From positions 1 to 53,282 of IMG/VR virus record IMGVR_UViG_3300021471_000002: a DNA stretch of 53,282 bases; one strand, 5' to 3'. Under the pieces are notes generated by a model. That model worked only from the letters and a program-made list of their open reading frames with translations, made no database searches and was not told where the DNA came from. Below, in pieces: positions 42,840 through 51,589 of this stretch (positions are counted from its first letter, which is position 1; every line of letters starts with the position of its first letter). Origin of the DNA: a virus. Its lineage: Duplodnaviria; Caudoviricetes. Both the position numbers and the translations under genes were made by a program.

Positions 42840-44249
42840 GTGACAGAGAAGCGAAAGACACAGCACGGCTACCGTGATCGTATTGTCGAACTGGTACGTG
42901 TACACTCCTCCGATCTGCAGGACAACGAGGGTAACTGGCGCGTGCATCCCCTGGCGCAGCGCGAGGCGCTGGCCGGGATTCTGGAGCAAGTCGGGATCGC
43001 CGATGCTCTGCTGGCGTACAGATCGCAGCGCGCCGGCGGGGCTCTGGTCGTAATTGACGGTCATCTGCGCCGTGAATTCGGCGGTACCTGGCCGGTGTTG
43101 ATCCTGGACGTCACCGACGACGAGGCCGATCTGCTGTTGACCACGCTGGATCCGCTGGCATCACTGGCGCAGATGGACGGGGATAAGATGCGCGAGCTAA
43201 CGGAGCGTGTAGCACAATCGGCGGACGCGCGACTGCGGACGATGCTGGCCGATCTCGGTACAGAGGCCGAGTTGGCGGCATTTCGTGCCGCCGCCGCTGT
43301 GGAGAGTGGTAGCACGGACGACGCAGAGGTGCCGGACTACGTCGAGGCGGCGGATACGTTGCTGGAGAAGTGGGAGGTGCGATACGGCGACGTATGGAGT
43401 GCGTGCGACGGTGAGCATTTCATCATCTGCGGCGACTGCCGCGAGGCGGCGACGTGGGAGCGGCTGCTGGGAGCAGCGGGACTCGACAGTGTCAATGGTG
43501 TGATCACCTCCCCGCCATACGCCGAACAGCGGAAGAAGCAGTACGGCGGCGTGCCAGAAGGCGAGTATGTGGACTGGTTCGAGGCAGTTCAACGGAATAT
43601 CCGCACGTGGCTGGCCGACGACGGTAGTTTTTTTCTGAACATCAAGCCGCATGCGGCACGAGGTCAGCGCGTGCTGTACGTGTTCGACCTGGTGCTGGCG
43701 ATGGTGCGGAGGTGGGACTGGATGTTTGTCGACGAGTTGATCTGGTACAAAATCGGTCTCCCCGGCGGCTGGCGTAACCGATTGCGCAACTGCTTCGAGC
43801 CGATCTATCATTTCTCGAAGCAGCGGCAGATACGATTCTACCCGCGCAACGTGGGGTCGGAGGGCGACGTGCCCCGCTATCGCGTTCCGGGTAACTGGAA
43901 TCCGAAGACAGGGAACGCCGGTATACCGCCGGCGAATCGCCGTGAGCGTGGAGTGGCGCGGCCGGGCAACGTGATCCAGGTGCATGTGAACCAGGAGGCG
44001 CTGCCGCACGCTGCCGTGTTCCCGGTGGCGCTGGTCGAGTTTTTCGTCAAACTGGCCTCGGAAGATGGCAATGTGTGGCTGGATCCGTTCTTGGGCAGCG
44101 GCACGACAATCGTGGCGGCGCACCGCCTGGGTCGGCGGGGGCTGGGGATCGAGCATCTGGCGAGGCACGTTGCCGTGTCGCTGGAACGGATGGCTGCGCT
44201 GGGCATGGAGCCGCGGCTGGAGCGGCGGGAGGAGAAGGAGGAGGAGTAG
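42840..44249 (+). CDS. ParB-like N-domain + beta-class DNA methyltransferase (SPPY, likely m4C)
   Basis: Same N-domain; ICGDC, TSPPY, IWYK, H.AVFP..L, DPFLGSGTT. Confidence 0.88.
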   Translation: MTEKRKTQHGYRDRIVELVRVHSSDLQDNEGNWRVHPLAQREALAGILEQVGIADALLAYRSQRAGGALVVIDGHLRREFGGTWPVLILDVTDDEADLLLTTLDPLASLAQMDGDKMRELTERVAQSADARLRTMLADLGTEAELAAFRAAAAVESGSTDDAEVPDYVEAADTLLEKWEVRYGDVWSACDGEHFIICGDCREAATWERLLGAAGLDSVNGVITSPPYAEQRKKQYGGVPEGEYVDWFEAVQRNIRTWLADDGSFFLNIKPHAARGQRVLYVFDLVLAMVRRWDWMFVDELIWYKIGLPGGWRNRLRNCFEPIYHFSKQRQIRFYPRNVGSEGDVPRYRVPGNWNPKTGNAGIPPANRRERGVARPGNVIQVHVNQEALPHAAVFPVALVEFFVKLASEDGNVWLDPFLGSGTTIVAAHRLGRRGLGIEHLARHVAVSLERMAALGMEPRLERREEKEEE

Positions 44250-44251
44250 GT

Positions 44252-44926
44252 ATGGCGCGGGGTCGGAAGCTGAAGCTGCACAGCGATGCGTATGGCTGGA
44301 TGACAGATGAAATCCGCGAGTTGTTGCGCGCGATCCAGCCTCCTTGGGTTGGAAAAAAGCGGACGTCGGTCATCCGGCTGGCGTTCGCGGCGGCACAGAA
44401 CAAACCACTCAAACGAGTATTCGACGATCCAGATGTGTGTTCGCGCAACGTCTGGTACACCAAGTGGTCGCGACAGCCGGACGTGCGGGCGGCGTTCGAT
44501 GCGTGCGTTGCCCGCGTGCGTGAGTGGATCGATGAGGAGACGGCCGCCATCGAGGAACATTACCGCCAGGAGCGTCGCCGGGCGCTGGCTCAATACAGCG
44601 CGGCCGCGCCGGCTGCGCTGGCGACGGTGATGACCGACCGGGGCGAGCGGGGCGAGGCGCGGATCAAAGCGGCCGAGACGCTGATCAGGTTTGCAGATCC
44701 TGACGTGGCGGGCAAAGTCCGCACCGGCGGCGGGTTGAACGTGGATGTGGAGGTTGCCGATCTGGATGCGGCAATCGAGCGCGAATTACGTCGGCTGGCA
44801 GACGGCGGCGGTGTTGACGATGCGCCTGCTGTGGACCTCGATCCTGACAACGTCGGCGCCGGCTGCGCGGCTATGGCGGCGGACGCCGAGCTGGCGATAG
44901 CGACGGATGGCGACACCGGCGGATGA
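44252..44926 (+). CDS. Terminase small subunit (putative)
   Basis: Helical, directly upstream of and overlapping TerL; Y.KW......AA, A...L...R..AA..L pattern. Confidence 0.6.
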   Translation: MARGRKLKLHSDAYGWMTDEIRELLRAIQPPWVGKKRTSVIRLAFAAAQNKPLKRVFDDPDVCSRNVWYTKWSRQPDVRAAFDACVARVREWIDEETAAIEEHYRQERRRALAQYSAAAPAALATVMTDRGERGEARIKAAETLIRFADPDVAGKVRTGGGLNVDVEVADLDAAIERELRRLADGGGVDDAPAVDLDPDNVGAGCAAMAADAELAIATDGDTGG

Positions 44927-46337
44927 CTGGAGGAGCTGGTCGCCGGAGCGGAAGCTGGCGTTGCTGGCGCGGTTGCGACGTCGCTGGCGAGCGGGGTGGT
45001 TCCCGCATCGCTCCGGTGTGGCGTATGATCCCGCGCAGTCAGCCGAGCTGGCACGATTTCATTCCAGCCGGGCGCGGTTTCGGCTCCTGGCCGGCGGCCG
45101 TGGGTCTGGTAAGACGGCCGCCGGTGCGCAGGAGGCGTTGCGTCGTGTCCGGCGCGGCTTGTCCGGCGCGGTACTGAATCCGGACTTTGAGAATTTCAAA
45201 TACTCCACCTGGCCGGAGTTTCGGTTGTGGATTCCCTGGCAGCACGTCATACCCGCCGACCGGCGGATGGGCGAGGAGGGCTGGGAGCCACACCAACCGT
45301 TCGTGCTGCATTTCGACACCGGGGCCCGGGTGGTGTGCAAAGGCCTGCGGGACCCGGACGCGGCGCGGGGGCCGAACATCAACTGGCTGTGGTACGACGA
45401 GGCGGCCAGGGATCGGGACGGTACGGCCTGGCGGCTGGCGATTGCGTCTGTGCGGAAAGGGGACTCGCCGGCGGCGTGGTGTACGACTACACCGCGAGGC
45501 AAACGTCACTGGACGTATGAGTGGTTCGTGGATGCCGAACTGCCCCCCGACGCCGCCGAGCTGCTGGACGCGGCCGGCTACACCGGGCAGTTGTTCGAGT
45601 ATTTTCGTATCACGATTCACGACAATCGCGAGCATCTCGATCCGCTGTTCTACGCCTCGATGCTGGCCTCGTACACCGGCTGGTTGCGCGATCAGGAGAT
45701 CGACGGACTGTTCGTCGAGGGTTTCGGTACGCTGGCGCAGCGTCAGTGGTTCAAGATCGTAGACGCTGCCCCGGCAGGGCTGCGCTGGGTGCGGTTCTGG
45801 GACCTGGCGACGACGGAGCGTCAGTTGTCGCCCCGCTCCGGGCGGCGCGATGCGCATGATCCAGATTATACCGCCGGCGCGTTGCTGGCGCGGAGCGCGG
45901 ACGGCAGGTTGTGGTTGCGCGACGTGGTGCGCGGGCAGTGGGCGTGGATGGCAGCGAAGAGCACGATTAAACAGACGGCGCTACTGGATGGCCGGGCGGT
46001 ACCGATCGGGGTCGAGGCAGTGGCGGGATTCAGGACGGCAGTAGCGGAGCTGCAGGCCGACCGCGATTTGGCAGGCTATGTAGTGCGCGGCTATGGTGTC
46101 GAGCGCGACAAAGTAGCGCGGGCCAATCCTTGGCTGGCGCAGGCGGAGGCGGGCAATTTCTACCTGGTGCGCGGTGGGTGGAATCGTGCGTTTCTGGACG
46201 AGGTTGAGAGTTTTCCGGTCGGAGATCACGACGATCAGGTTGACGCCGTCTCCGGCGCTCTGGAGATGCTGGTGGCCGGGCTGGCATCGCGGTTGCCGGA
46301 CCAGGCCGGGTTGAGGAAGGCGGGAGAGTGGGACTAG
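44907..46337 (+). CDS. terL: Terminase large subunit
   Basis: Walker A GGRGSGKT, RG.N, Walker B WYDEAA, TTTP.G, DN.HL, nuclease WDLA...DYTA...E...DK..RA...FP.G.HDDQVDA. Confidence 0.95.
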   Translation: MATPADDWRSWSPERKLALLARLRRRWRAGWFPHRSGVAYDPAQSAELARFHSSRARFRLLAGGRGSGKTAAGAQEALRRVRRGLSGAVLNPDFENFKYSTWPEFRLWIPWQHVIPADRRMGEEGWEPHQPFVLHFDTGARVVCKGLRDPDAARGPNINWLWYDEAARDRDGTAWRLAIASVRKGDSPAAWCTTTPRGKRHWTYEWFVDAELPPDAAELLDAAGYTGQLFEYFRITIHDNREHLDPLFYASMLASYTGWLRDQEIDGLFVEGFGTLAQRQWFKIVDAAPAGLRWVRFWDLATTERQLSPRSGRRDAHDPDYTAGALLARSADGRLWLRDVVRGQWAWMAAKSTIKQTALLDGRAVPIGVEAVAGFRTAVAELQADRDLAGYVVRGYGVERDKVARANPWLAQAEAGNFYLVRGGWNRAFLDEVESFPVGDHDDQVDAVSGALEMLVAGLASRLPDQAGLRKAGEWD

Positions 46338-46408
46338 CCGGTCAGGCTGTGGATTTACTTACGTGATGCTGTAGAGAAAGAGCAGATCGGAGCAAGATCA
46401 AGAGAGGA

Positions 46409-48481
46409 GTGGCTATGGCGAGGTTGAATCCGTACCGCGAGATCGGAAGTACCGGGCGCTCGCAGTGGGGCGCAGAAATCAGACTAAGCGAGCACAAAAC
46501 GCTGCGCGGTATGGCGGCGTGGCGGGTATACGAGCAGATGCGGCACGACGACGCAACAGGCACGATGATGTACCTCGCGCTGTCGTTGCCGATCCGCTCG
46601 GTGAGCTGGTCGTGCCGAGCCGGCGGCGACGGTCCGCAGGACGAGGAGGCCGCTCGGTTCGCGTGGGAGTGTCTGGACAGCATGTCGTTGTCGTTTTCGG
46701 ACGTCATTGCCGATGTGTGCACGATGTTTGAGTTCGGTTGGTCGTTGTTCGAGATGGTGTTGAAGCGGCGCCGGGATGGGCGCGTGGGGTTCAAAAAGCT
46801 TGCCTTCCGGCCGCAGCTGACGCTGGCCGGATGGGAATACGCCGAGGACGGCGACATCAAGGCGATGAAACAGTACACGCCGGCAGGTGGTGTGGTGACG
46901 ATTCCGCTTGCGAGGTCGTTGTTGTTCAGGACTACGCGCAACGGCGACAATCCAGAGGGCGTCAGCATATACAGATCGGCGGTACGTCCGTTCCAGTTCC
47001 GTCGCAAACTGGAGCGAATTGAAGGCATCGGGCTATACCGGCGCTGGGCGGGTTTCCCGCATCTCGTGCTGCCGGCGGGCGCCACCAGGCGGGGCGAGGT
47101 GGCGGATGGAGAAACATCGGATGAGGAGCGGGCCGAGCAGATGCTCCAGGCGATTTACGAAGACCGGATGATGGGCGCCTGCACCCCCGCCGGCTGGGAA
47201 TTGTCGCTTGGTGGGCCGGAAGGGAACGTTGACAAAACGATGGGGGACACGATTCTCAGGAAAGATACGGAGATGGCGCGGGCCATCCTGGCGCAGTTCC
47301 TGCTGCTCGGCATGCGCTCGGTCGGAACGCAAGCACTGGCCGAGACGTTGCTGGACACGTTTGCGTTGTCGGTAGAGGCGTATCTGGAGAACATCACGCA
47401 GGAGTTCAATAGATACGCGATTCCGTATCTGTTTCGTTATAATGCGTTTCCGTCCGACACAGCGTTGCCGATTTTGACGCACACTTCTCCTCGCCGCGCC
47501 GATTTGGAGGCGGTGGGGCAGTATTTGTCGCAGTTGACCAATGTCGGACTGATCACGGCCGACGCCGACACGGAGGCGTTCCTCCGCTCGCTGGTTCCCG
47601 GTATGCCGGCGTCCGGCGGCGAGGCGCGAGGTGACGTTAGCGAGGGCGCAGAGGAGCACAGCAGTGTTATCATCGAGACGTTCGGCGGCGATGAGCGTGC
47701 TGCACAGTACCACGCGCTGGCAGACGCGAATGCTGCCGCACAGCGGCGCAACCTCGAGGCGCTATCCGACGATCTGGCGGGGGCGGTGGGTGAGATGGGG
47801 CCGGACACGACGGAGGAGGAGCTACGCTCGACGTTTGACGACATTGTCCTGGCGGCGTTGTTGGTGTTTCGCGAGCGCTCGATGCTCGACATCGGAGCGG
47901 CGTTCTGGCTGGCGTTTGGGATGGATTCCGGTGGCCCGGCGCAGCTGGCGGCGCTGCAGAACGAGGTCGCGGTGGCGGACTCCTGGCTCGGATACAATGC
48001 CGACGGGACGTTGCGACGTGTCAATCCCGCCGGGCGTCCGACGTTGTTTGGCGACATTGCGGGAACGCTGGAGGGTCGGATCGCGGCGATTCTGCTGTTG
48101 TTGAAAGACGGCCGCACCGACGAGGCGATGGCAGAGGTCGTGGGCGCAGTGCGGTCGGCGACGAGGGGCTACGCACGCGGGGAGCAGTATGCCGGGCACG
48201 TCTGGCACGCAGTGTGGGAGGGAGCGCGTCAGCGTGAGCTGTACGGCATCGAGACCGGCGCGGGGACGGCCTGGCGCTGGCGCTGGGTCAACGATCCGCT
48301 GGCTCAGCACTGTGCCGAATGCTCGGTGTTCGGCGCCGATCCGCCGGGGCGGGAATACGAGTCCTGGGAGGCGATGATGGCGATAACCGGAGGCGTGCTG
48401 CCAGGTCTGGGGACCGAGTGCGACGGCAATTGTCGCTGTCACCTGGAATGCGACGAATCCGGGGGGTGGGGATGGGCGTGA
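46409..48481 (+). CDS. Portal protein (DUF935/Mu gp29-like) fused to a Mu-F/SPP1-gp7-like head morphogenesis domain
   Basis: EIG.TG, YEQM..D, FG.S.FE.V, NPEG.S..R, D.EMA.A.LAQFL.LG..GT.AL; C-terminal W.W......HC..C...PG..T.C.GNCRC. Confidence 0.85.
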   Translation: MAMARLNPYREIGSTGRSQWGAEIRLSEHKTLRGMAAWRVYEQMRHDDATGTMMYLALSLPIRSVSWSCRAGGDGPQDEEAARFAWECLDSMSLSFSDVIADVCTMFEFGWSLFEMVLKRRRDGRVGFKKLAFRPQLTLAGWEYAEDGDIKAMKQYTPAGGVVTIPLARSLLFRTTRNGDNPEGVSIYRSAVRPFQFRRKLERIEGIGLYRRWAGFPHLVLPAGATRRGEVADGETSDEERAEQMLQAIYEDRMMGACTPAGWELSLGGPEGNVDKTMGDTILRKDTEMARAILAQFLLLGMRSVGTQALAETLLDTFALSVEAYLENITQEFNRYAIPYLFRYNAFPSDTALPILTHTSPRRADLEAVGQYLSQLTNVGLITADADTEAFLRSLVPGMPASGGEARGDVSEGAEEHSSVIIETFGGDERAAQYHALADANAAAQRRNLEALSDDLAGAVGEMGPDTTEEELRSTFDDIVLAALLVFRERSMLDIGAAFWLAFGMDSGGPAQLAALQNEVAVADSWLGYNADGTLRRVNPAGRPTLFGDIAGTLEGRIAAILLLLKDGRTDEAMAEVVGAVRSATRGYARGEQYAGHVWHAVWEGARQRELYGIETGAGTAWRWRWVNDPLAQHCAECSVFGADPPGREYESWEAMMAITGGVLPGLGTECDGNCRCHLECDESGGWGWA

Positions 48482-48711
48482 ACGAACGCAGCACGGCGCG
48501 GACGGTACGTATTCCGACCGTCCTGGTGGCATTCGTGAATCGCGTGATGGCGCTCCCGCCGGGGATTCACACGATTCACATTGTCAAGGCCGGGCGGGGT
48601 GCCGCCGGGCTAATTGGCTGGGCTGTGACTGTTGGGGAACGTCTGGAGGGTGGAGTGGTGATCAACGAGCTTGGGGGCTCAGCAGGCGAGAACAGGGAGG
48701 TGGCGTCCTGA
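48472..48711 (+). CDS. Small hypothetical protein
   Basis: Overlaps the portal stop. Confidence 0.4.
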   Translation: MGVNERSTARTVRIPTVLVAFVNRVMALPPGIHTIHIVKAGRGAAGLIGWAVTVGERLEGGVVINELGGSAGENREVAS

Positions 48712-48750
48712 TGAGAAGTGGCCGCTTGAGTGCCGTGGTGGCTGTGCTAC

Positions 48751-48996
48751 TCACGAGGGGCTCCCCCCTCTGTGTCGGCTATATGCGGCGAGCATCTCCG
48801 CAGCCTCCTCCCGCGTTAGGGAGGGAACTGTTTTTACCCGCTCCATCCAGGCCAGGGCCTGGGCCGGTGACGCGGTCGGTGGTTCTTCGTTCCCGCTGCC
48901 GTACCACGCTGACAGGTAGGCAACGTCGAACTCGAATCCGTGCTCGCGCATTAGTGCGGCGGCTAATGCCGCCACGCTCGGCTTTCTCATTTCCAT
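48751..48996 (-). CDS. Hypothetical protein (cassette island 2)
   Basis: AAAGGTGA before ATG, right after the hairpin repeat. Confidence 0.55.
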   Translation of the reverse strand: MEMRKPSVAALAAALMREHGFEFDVAYLSAWYGSGNEEPPTASPAQALAWMERVKTVPSLTREEAAEMLAAYSRHRGGSPS

Positions 48997-49012
48997 TCAC
49001 CTTTCCGGGGGA

Positions 49013-49093
49013 CCTTTCCCCCCTCCAGGGCGTCCGAGTGGTCGGGCGCCCTGGAGGGGGCCGGAGCGCGGTCGTCTGCGCTCCGGCGGCGGG
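49013..49093. repeat. About 80-bp double-hairpin intergenic repeat, copy A (copy B 49737-49816)
   Basis: ccccctccagggcgtccga-gtgg-tcgggcgccctggaggggg followed by gccggagcgcgg-tcgt-ctgcgctccggc. Confidence 0.92.
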
Positions 49094-49094
49094 T

Positions 49095-49496
49095 CTAGTA
49101 GCTGCGGGTGGTGCGCACGCAATCCTCGGCGGCAACCGTAGCCGCAATTGCGGCTACGGCTGACTCGACGATCTCGAGTGCTACGCGGGCATCGTCAATG
49201 CAATTGTTAGCGCTGTTTATCATAAGGGTTATGTCGGCTTTGTTGTTACTGTCGGATTTGGTGAGAATACTATCGCGCACCGCGTCGCTCAGGGCGGTGA
49301 CAACGGCGCTGAGGTCGGCGATAGTATCGGCGGCGTCGTCTAATATCTCGCAAGATTCGTAAGCAATTGCTCCCGCGATAGTGAGGATAGCCTCGCGGAG
49401 CGAGGCTATGACGACGTCTTCGGCGATGCCGCCCGCGCTGCGGCTACGGCAGAGTGTATTGAGACCGTCAAGAAGTAAATCTGTTTTTTCGTTCAT
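49095..49496 (-). CDS. Helical hypothetical protein (cassette island 2)
   Basis: AAAGGAGCATAATG start, MNEKTDLL. Confidence 0.6.
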   Translation of the reverse strand: MNEKTDLLLDGLNTLCRSRSAGGIAEDVVIASLREAILTIAGAIAYESCEILDDAADTIADLSAVVTALSDAVRDSILTKSDSNNKADITLMINSANNCIDDARVALEIVESAVAAIAATVAAEDCVRTTRSY

Positions 49497-49506
49497 TATG
49501 CTCCTT

Positions 49507-49707
49507 TTATTGTACCACCAGCTTCTCGAGGTCCGCCAGGGCTTTCTTGGCGGCCTCAAGGGCATCGAGGAAGAACTCGATGCCTTCCTCCTCCATCTCG
49601 GTCCCTCGGCTGGCAAGGGCCAGCCCGGCGATCTCGGTTGCCTCGGTCAGTGTGTTTTCGATCTCCAATATCGTTACTGCGTTTCCCTTTCTCGCGTTTC
49701 CCTTCAT
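49507..49707 (-). CDS. Small acidic helical protein (cassette island 2)
   Basis: AAAGGAGCACAATG start. Confidence 0.6.
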   Translation of the reverse strand: MKGNARKGNAVTILEIENTLTEATEIAGLALASRGTEMEEEGIEFFLDALEAAKKALADLEKLVVQ

Positions 49708-49736
49708 TGTGCTCCTTTCTTTCTGATTTTCGGGGG

Positions 49737-49816
49737 CCTTTCCCCCTCCAGGGCGTCCGAGTGGTCGGGCGCTCTGGAGGGGGCCGGAGCGCGGTCGTCT
49801 GCGCTCCGGCGGCGGG
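49737..49816. repeat. About 80-bp double-hairpin intergenic repeat, copy B
   Basis: Differs from copy A by one C>T that keeps pairing as G-U on the + strand and one C-run indel. Confidence 0.92.
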
Positions 49817-49819
49817 CTG

Positions 49820-50029
49820 TTAACTGATCGAGCGGGCGAATCGTGCTATGTCTGCCAGCTCGGATGCGATGTGTGCAGCCGATCCGGCGTGTGCCCAGCT
49901 AGTTTCGTCTTCGAATAGGGTCGCTCTTATTTGCAACTGTCGCAACGCGTTCTCGATCTCGGTAATCGATGCGCGTGCTCTCTCTACCGCTTCGATTGTC
50001 TCCTTCGGGGCTGTCCTTTTTTCGCTCAT
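49820..50029 (-). CDS. Small helical protein with W.H.G...H...L motif (cassette island 2)
   Basis: AAAGGAGTATAATG start; SWAHAGSAAHIASELADI. Confidence 0.62.
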   Translation of the reverse strand: MSEKRTAPKETIEAVERARASITEIENALRQLQIRATLFEDETSWAHAGSAAHIASELADIARFARSIS

Positions 50030-50057
50030 TATACTCCTTTCTTTTCTTCTCTTCTCG

Positions 50058-50137
50058 GGGCTGTCGCCCCACCCTCGTACTACCATTATACCACATCTGT
50101 ACATCTGTGTCAAGCTTTTTTGAACAATCTTAAGATT
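50058..50137 (-). promoter_or_regulatory. Strong sigma70 promoter, paralog of 37429-37507
   Basis: TTGACA(50113-50108)-17 bp-TATAAT(50090-50085), TGn, same UP element. Confidence 0.85.
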
Positions 50138-50307
50138 TGCCAATTTTTCGCGTAGTAATCACCTGCCCGACCACCATACCTACGCAACTCGGCCACCCGC
50201 ACAACCCGGCCCTGGTCCGGCGGAGGGCTTTTCACGGAACAATTGAAATCAAACTGTATCTGAAGTTACACGACAGAGCTACCTGCGGCGAAATACTTGC
50301 AAAATGC

Positions 50308-50336
50308 TTGACAGGCAGATGGCGGTGTTGTATAAT
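50308..50336 (+). promoter_or_regulatory. Consensus promoter for the lysis/head/tail operon
   Basis: TTGACA-17 bp-TATAAT. Confidence 0.82.
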
Positions 50337-50422
50337 ATCGACAACGGAATACAAAGCCCGGCACGAGCCGTGTGGCCGACGCGCCGGGGGACGCCAGGGC
50401 ACGAAGCGAATACAGCGGACAC

Positions 50423-50467
50423 AGCGGGCAGACTGATCAACTGATCAATGGTCTGCCCGCTTTTTTT
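50423..50467 (+). terminator. Intrinsic terminator in the late-operon leader
   Basis: gcgggcagac / gtctgcccgc stem followed by T7. Confidence 0.8.
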
Positions 50468-50495
50468 GTTCTGAAGCAGGAGGCCAGGAGGCACG

Positions 50496-51233
50496 ATGGA
50501 GAGAGTACTGTTCAGTCAACGCGACAAACGATGGAGCGACATCCACCTCGGCACGGCCGGCGGTATGTTCATCGGCGGTGCCGGTTGTCTGTTGAGCGTC
50601 TCGGCAGCGATGCTGCGCGAGACGTTTTCCGTGTCTGTGGACCCCGGCGTCCTCAACCGCTGGTTGTGCCGGAACAGCGGATACACCCACGGCAACCTGC
50701 TGGTGTTCGACGCACTCCGGCGTGCGGCGCTGGAGCTGGGCGGAGTCGAGCTTGCCGTTCGCGTCATTGACTGCGCAAACGTACCCGCCCCACTCGACCA
50801 GATAGACGCAACGCTGGACGGGGGGGGCGGTGTGCTGGTGCTGGTTGATTTCCATCCCGGCGGCGCGATACAACAGCACTGGATCAGAATCCTGGAGCGT
50901 GACGCGAGTGGTGGCGAAGCGGATTACATCGTGCACGATCCGTGGCTGCCGGCGGCGGTCAATCCGTACAGGCTGATGCCACGCTATGCGCATTACTCTT
51001 GGAGTTCGCCGGCGCGTGTGATATTCAGAATCGTGCTGTACCGGCAGGCGGGTGACGCCGGTGCGTTGCCTCCGGCCTCCAAGGCCGGTGCGGTAAACGA
51101 AGCACAGGAGAAGCTGTTTCTGAATCTGGACACACCGGGCGAGATTATGACGTTCACTACTGAAAGCCACGCCCCCGCCGACGCATACACCATCGCCTGC
51201 GGTGGCGGGTACTGTACTGTTACACATTCATAG
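50496..51233 (+). CDS. Peptidase C39-like cysteine protease (candidate lysin)
   Basis: SQ.D.RW....LG......GC...S.AM, QHWI, I.HDPW give Q/C/H/D; next to a holin-like gene. Confidence 0.72.
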   Translation: MERVLFSQRDKRWSDIHLGTAGGMFIGGAGCLLSVSAAMLRETFSVSVDPGVLNRWLCRNSGYTHGNLLVFDALRRAALELGGVELAVRVIDCANVPAPLDQIDATLDGGGGVLVLVDFHPGGAIQQHWIRILERDASGGEADYIVHDPWLPAAVNPYRLMPRYAHYSWSSPARVIFRIVLYRQAGDAGALPPASKAGAVNEAQEKLFLNLDTPGEIMTFTTESHAPADAYTIACGGGYCTVTHS

Positions 51234-51250
51234 ACGAGAGGAGGATACAG

Positions 51251-51544
51251 ATGGACTTTGGAACTATTGAGATCGGTGGTGTACCTGTGATGGCGCTGAT
51301 CGTGGCGCTGGTGGCGCTGTGTCGCGAGTGGTTTGGACTGCGCGGCAACGCTCTGCGGATGCTGAGCGCCGGCCTGGGAGTTCTGTTCGGCGTGCTCTAC
51401 CAGTTCTTGGCGGGCTGGCCGGCGGACGCGGAAGGCTGGGTGGTATTTGGCGTGCAGTTGCTATACGGCGTCATCGCCAGCGGCTTGGTGGACATCACAC
51501 GCGACATTGTCGGTCGCGCTGCATCGTGCAGCGATAGCCGGTAG
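51251..51544 (+). CDS. Holin-like membrane protein
   Basis: 97 aa, 3 hydrophobic segments, G..ASG..D motif; SD GAGGAGG. Confidence 0.68.
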   Translation: MDFGTIEIGGVPVMALIVALVALCREWFGLRGNALRMLSAGLGVLFGVLYQFLAGWPADAEGWVVFGVQLLYGVIASGLVDITRDIVGRAASCSDSR

Positions 51545-51589
51545 CCGGCCGGCCGGCGAGACGGCCAGGAGTAGACGGGAGGAGACGGG

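Noticed and set aside
49013-49816. Hairpin repeats as integron attC sites or IS/MITE ends
   Set aside because: No RYYYAAC/GTTRRRY boxes, no integron integrase or transposase, no target duplication seen.
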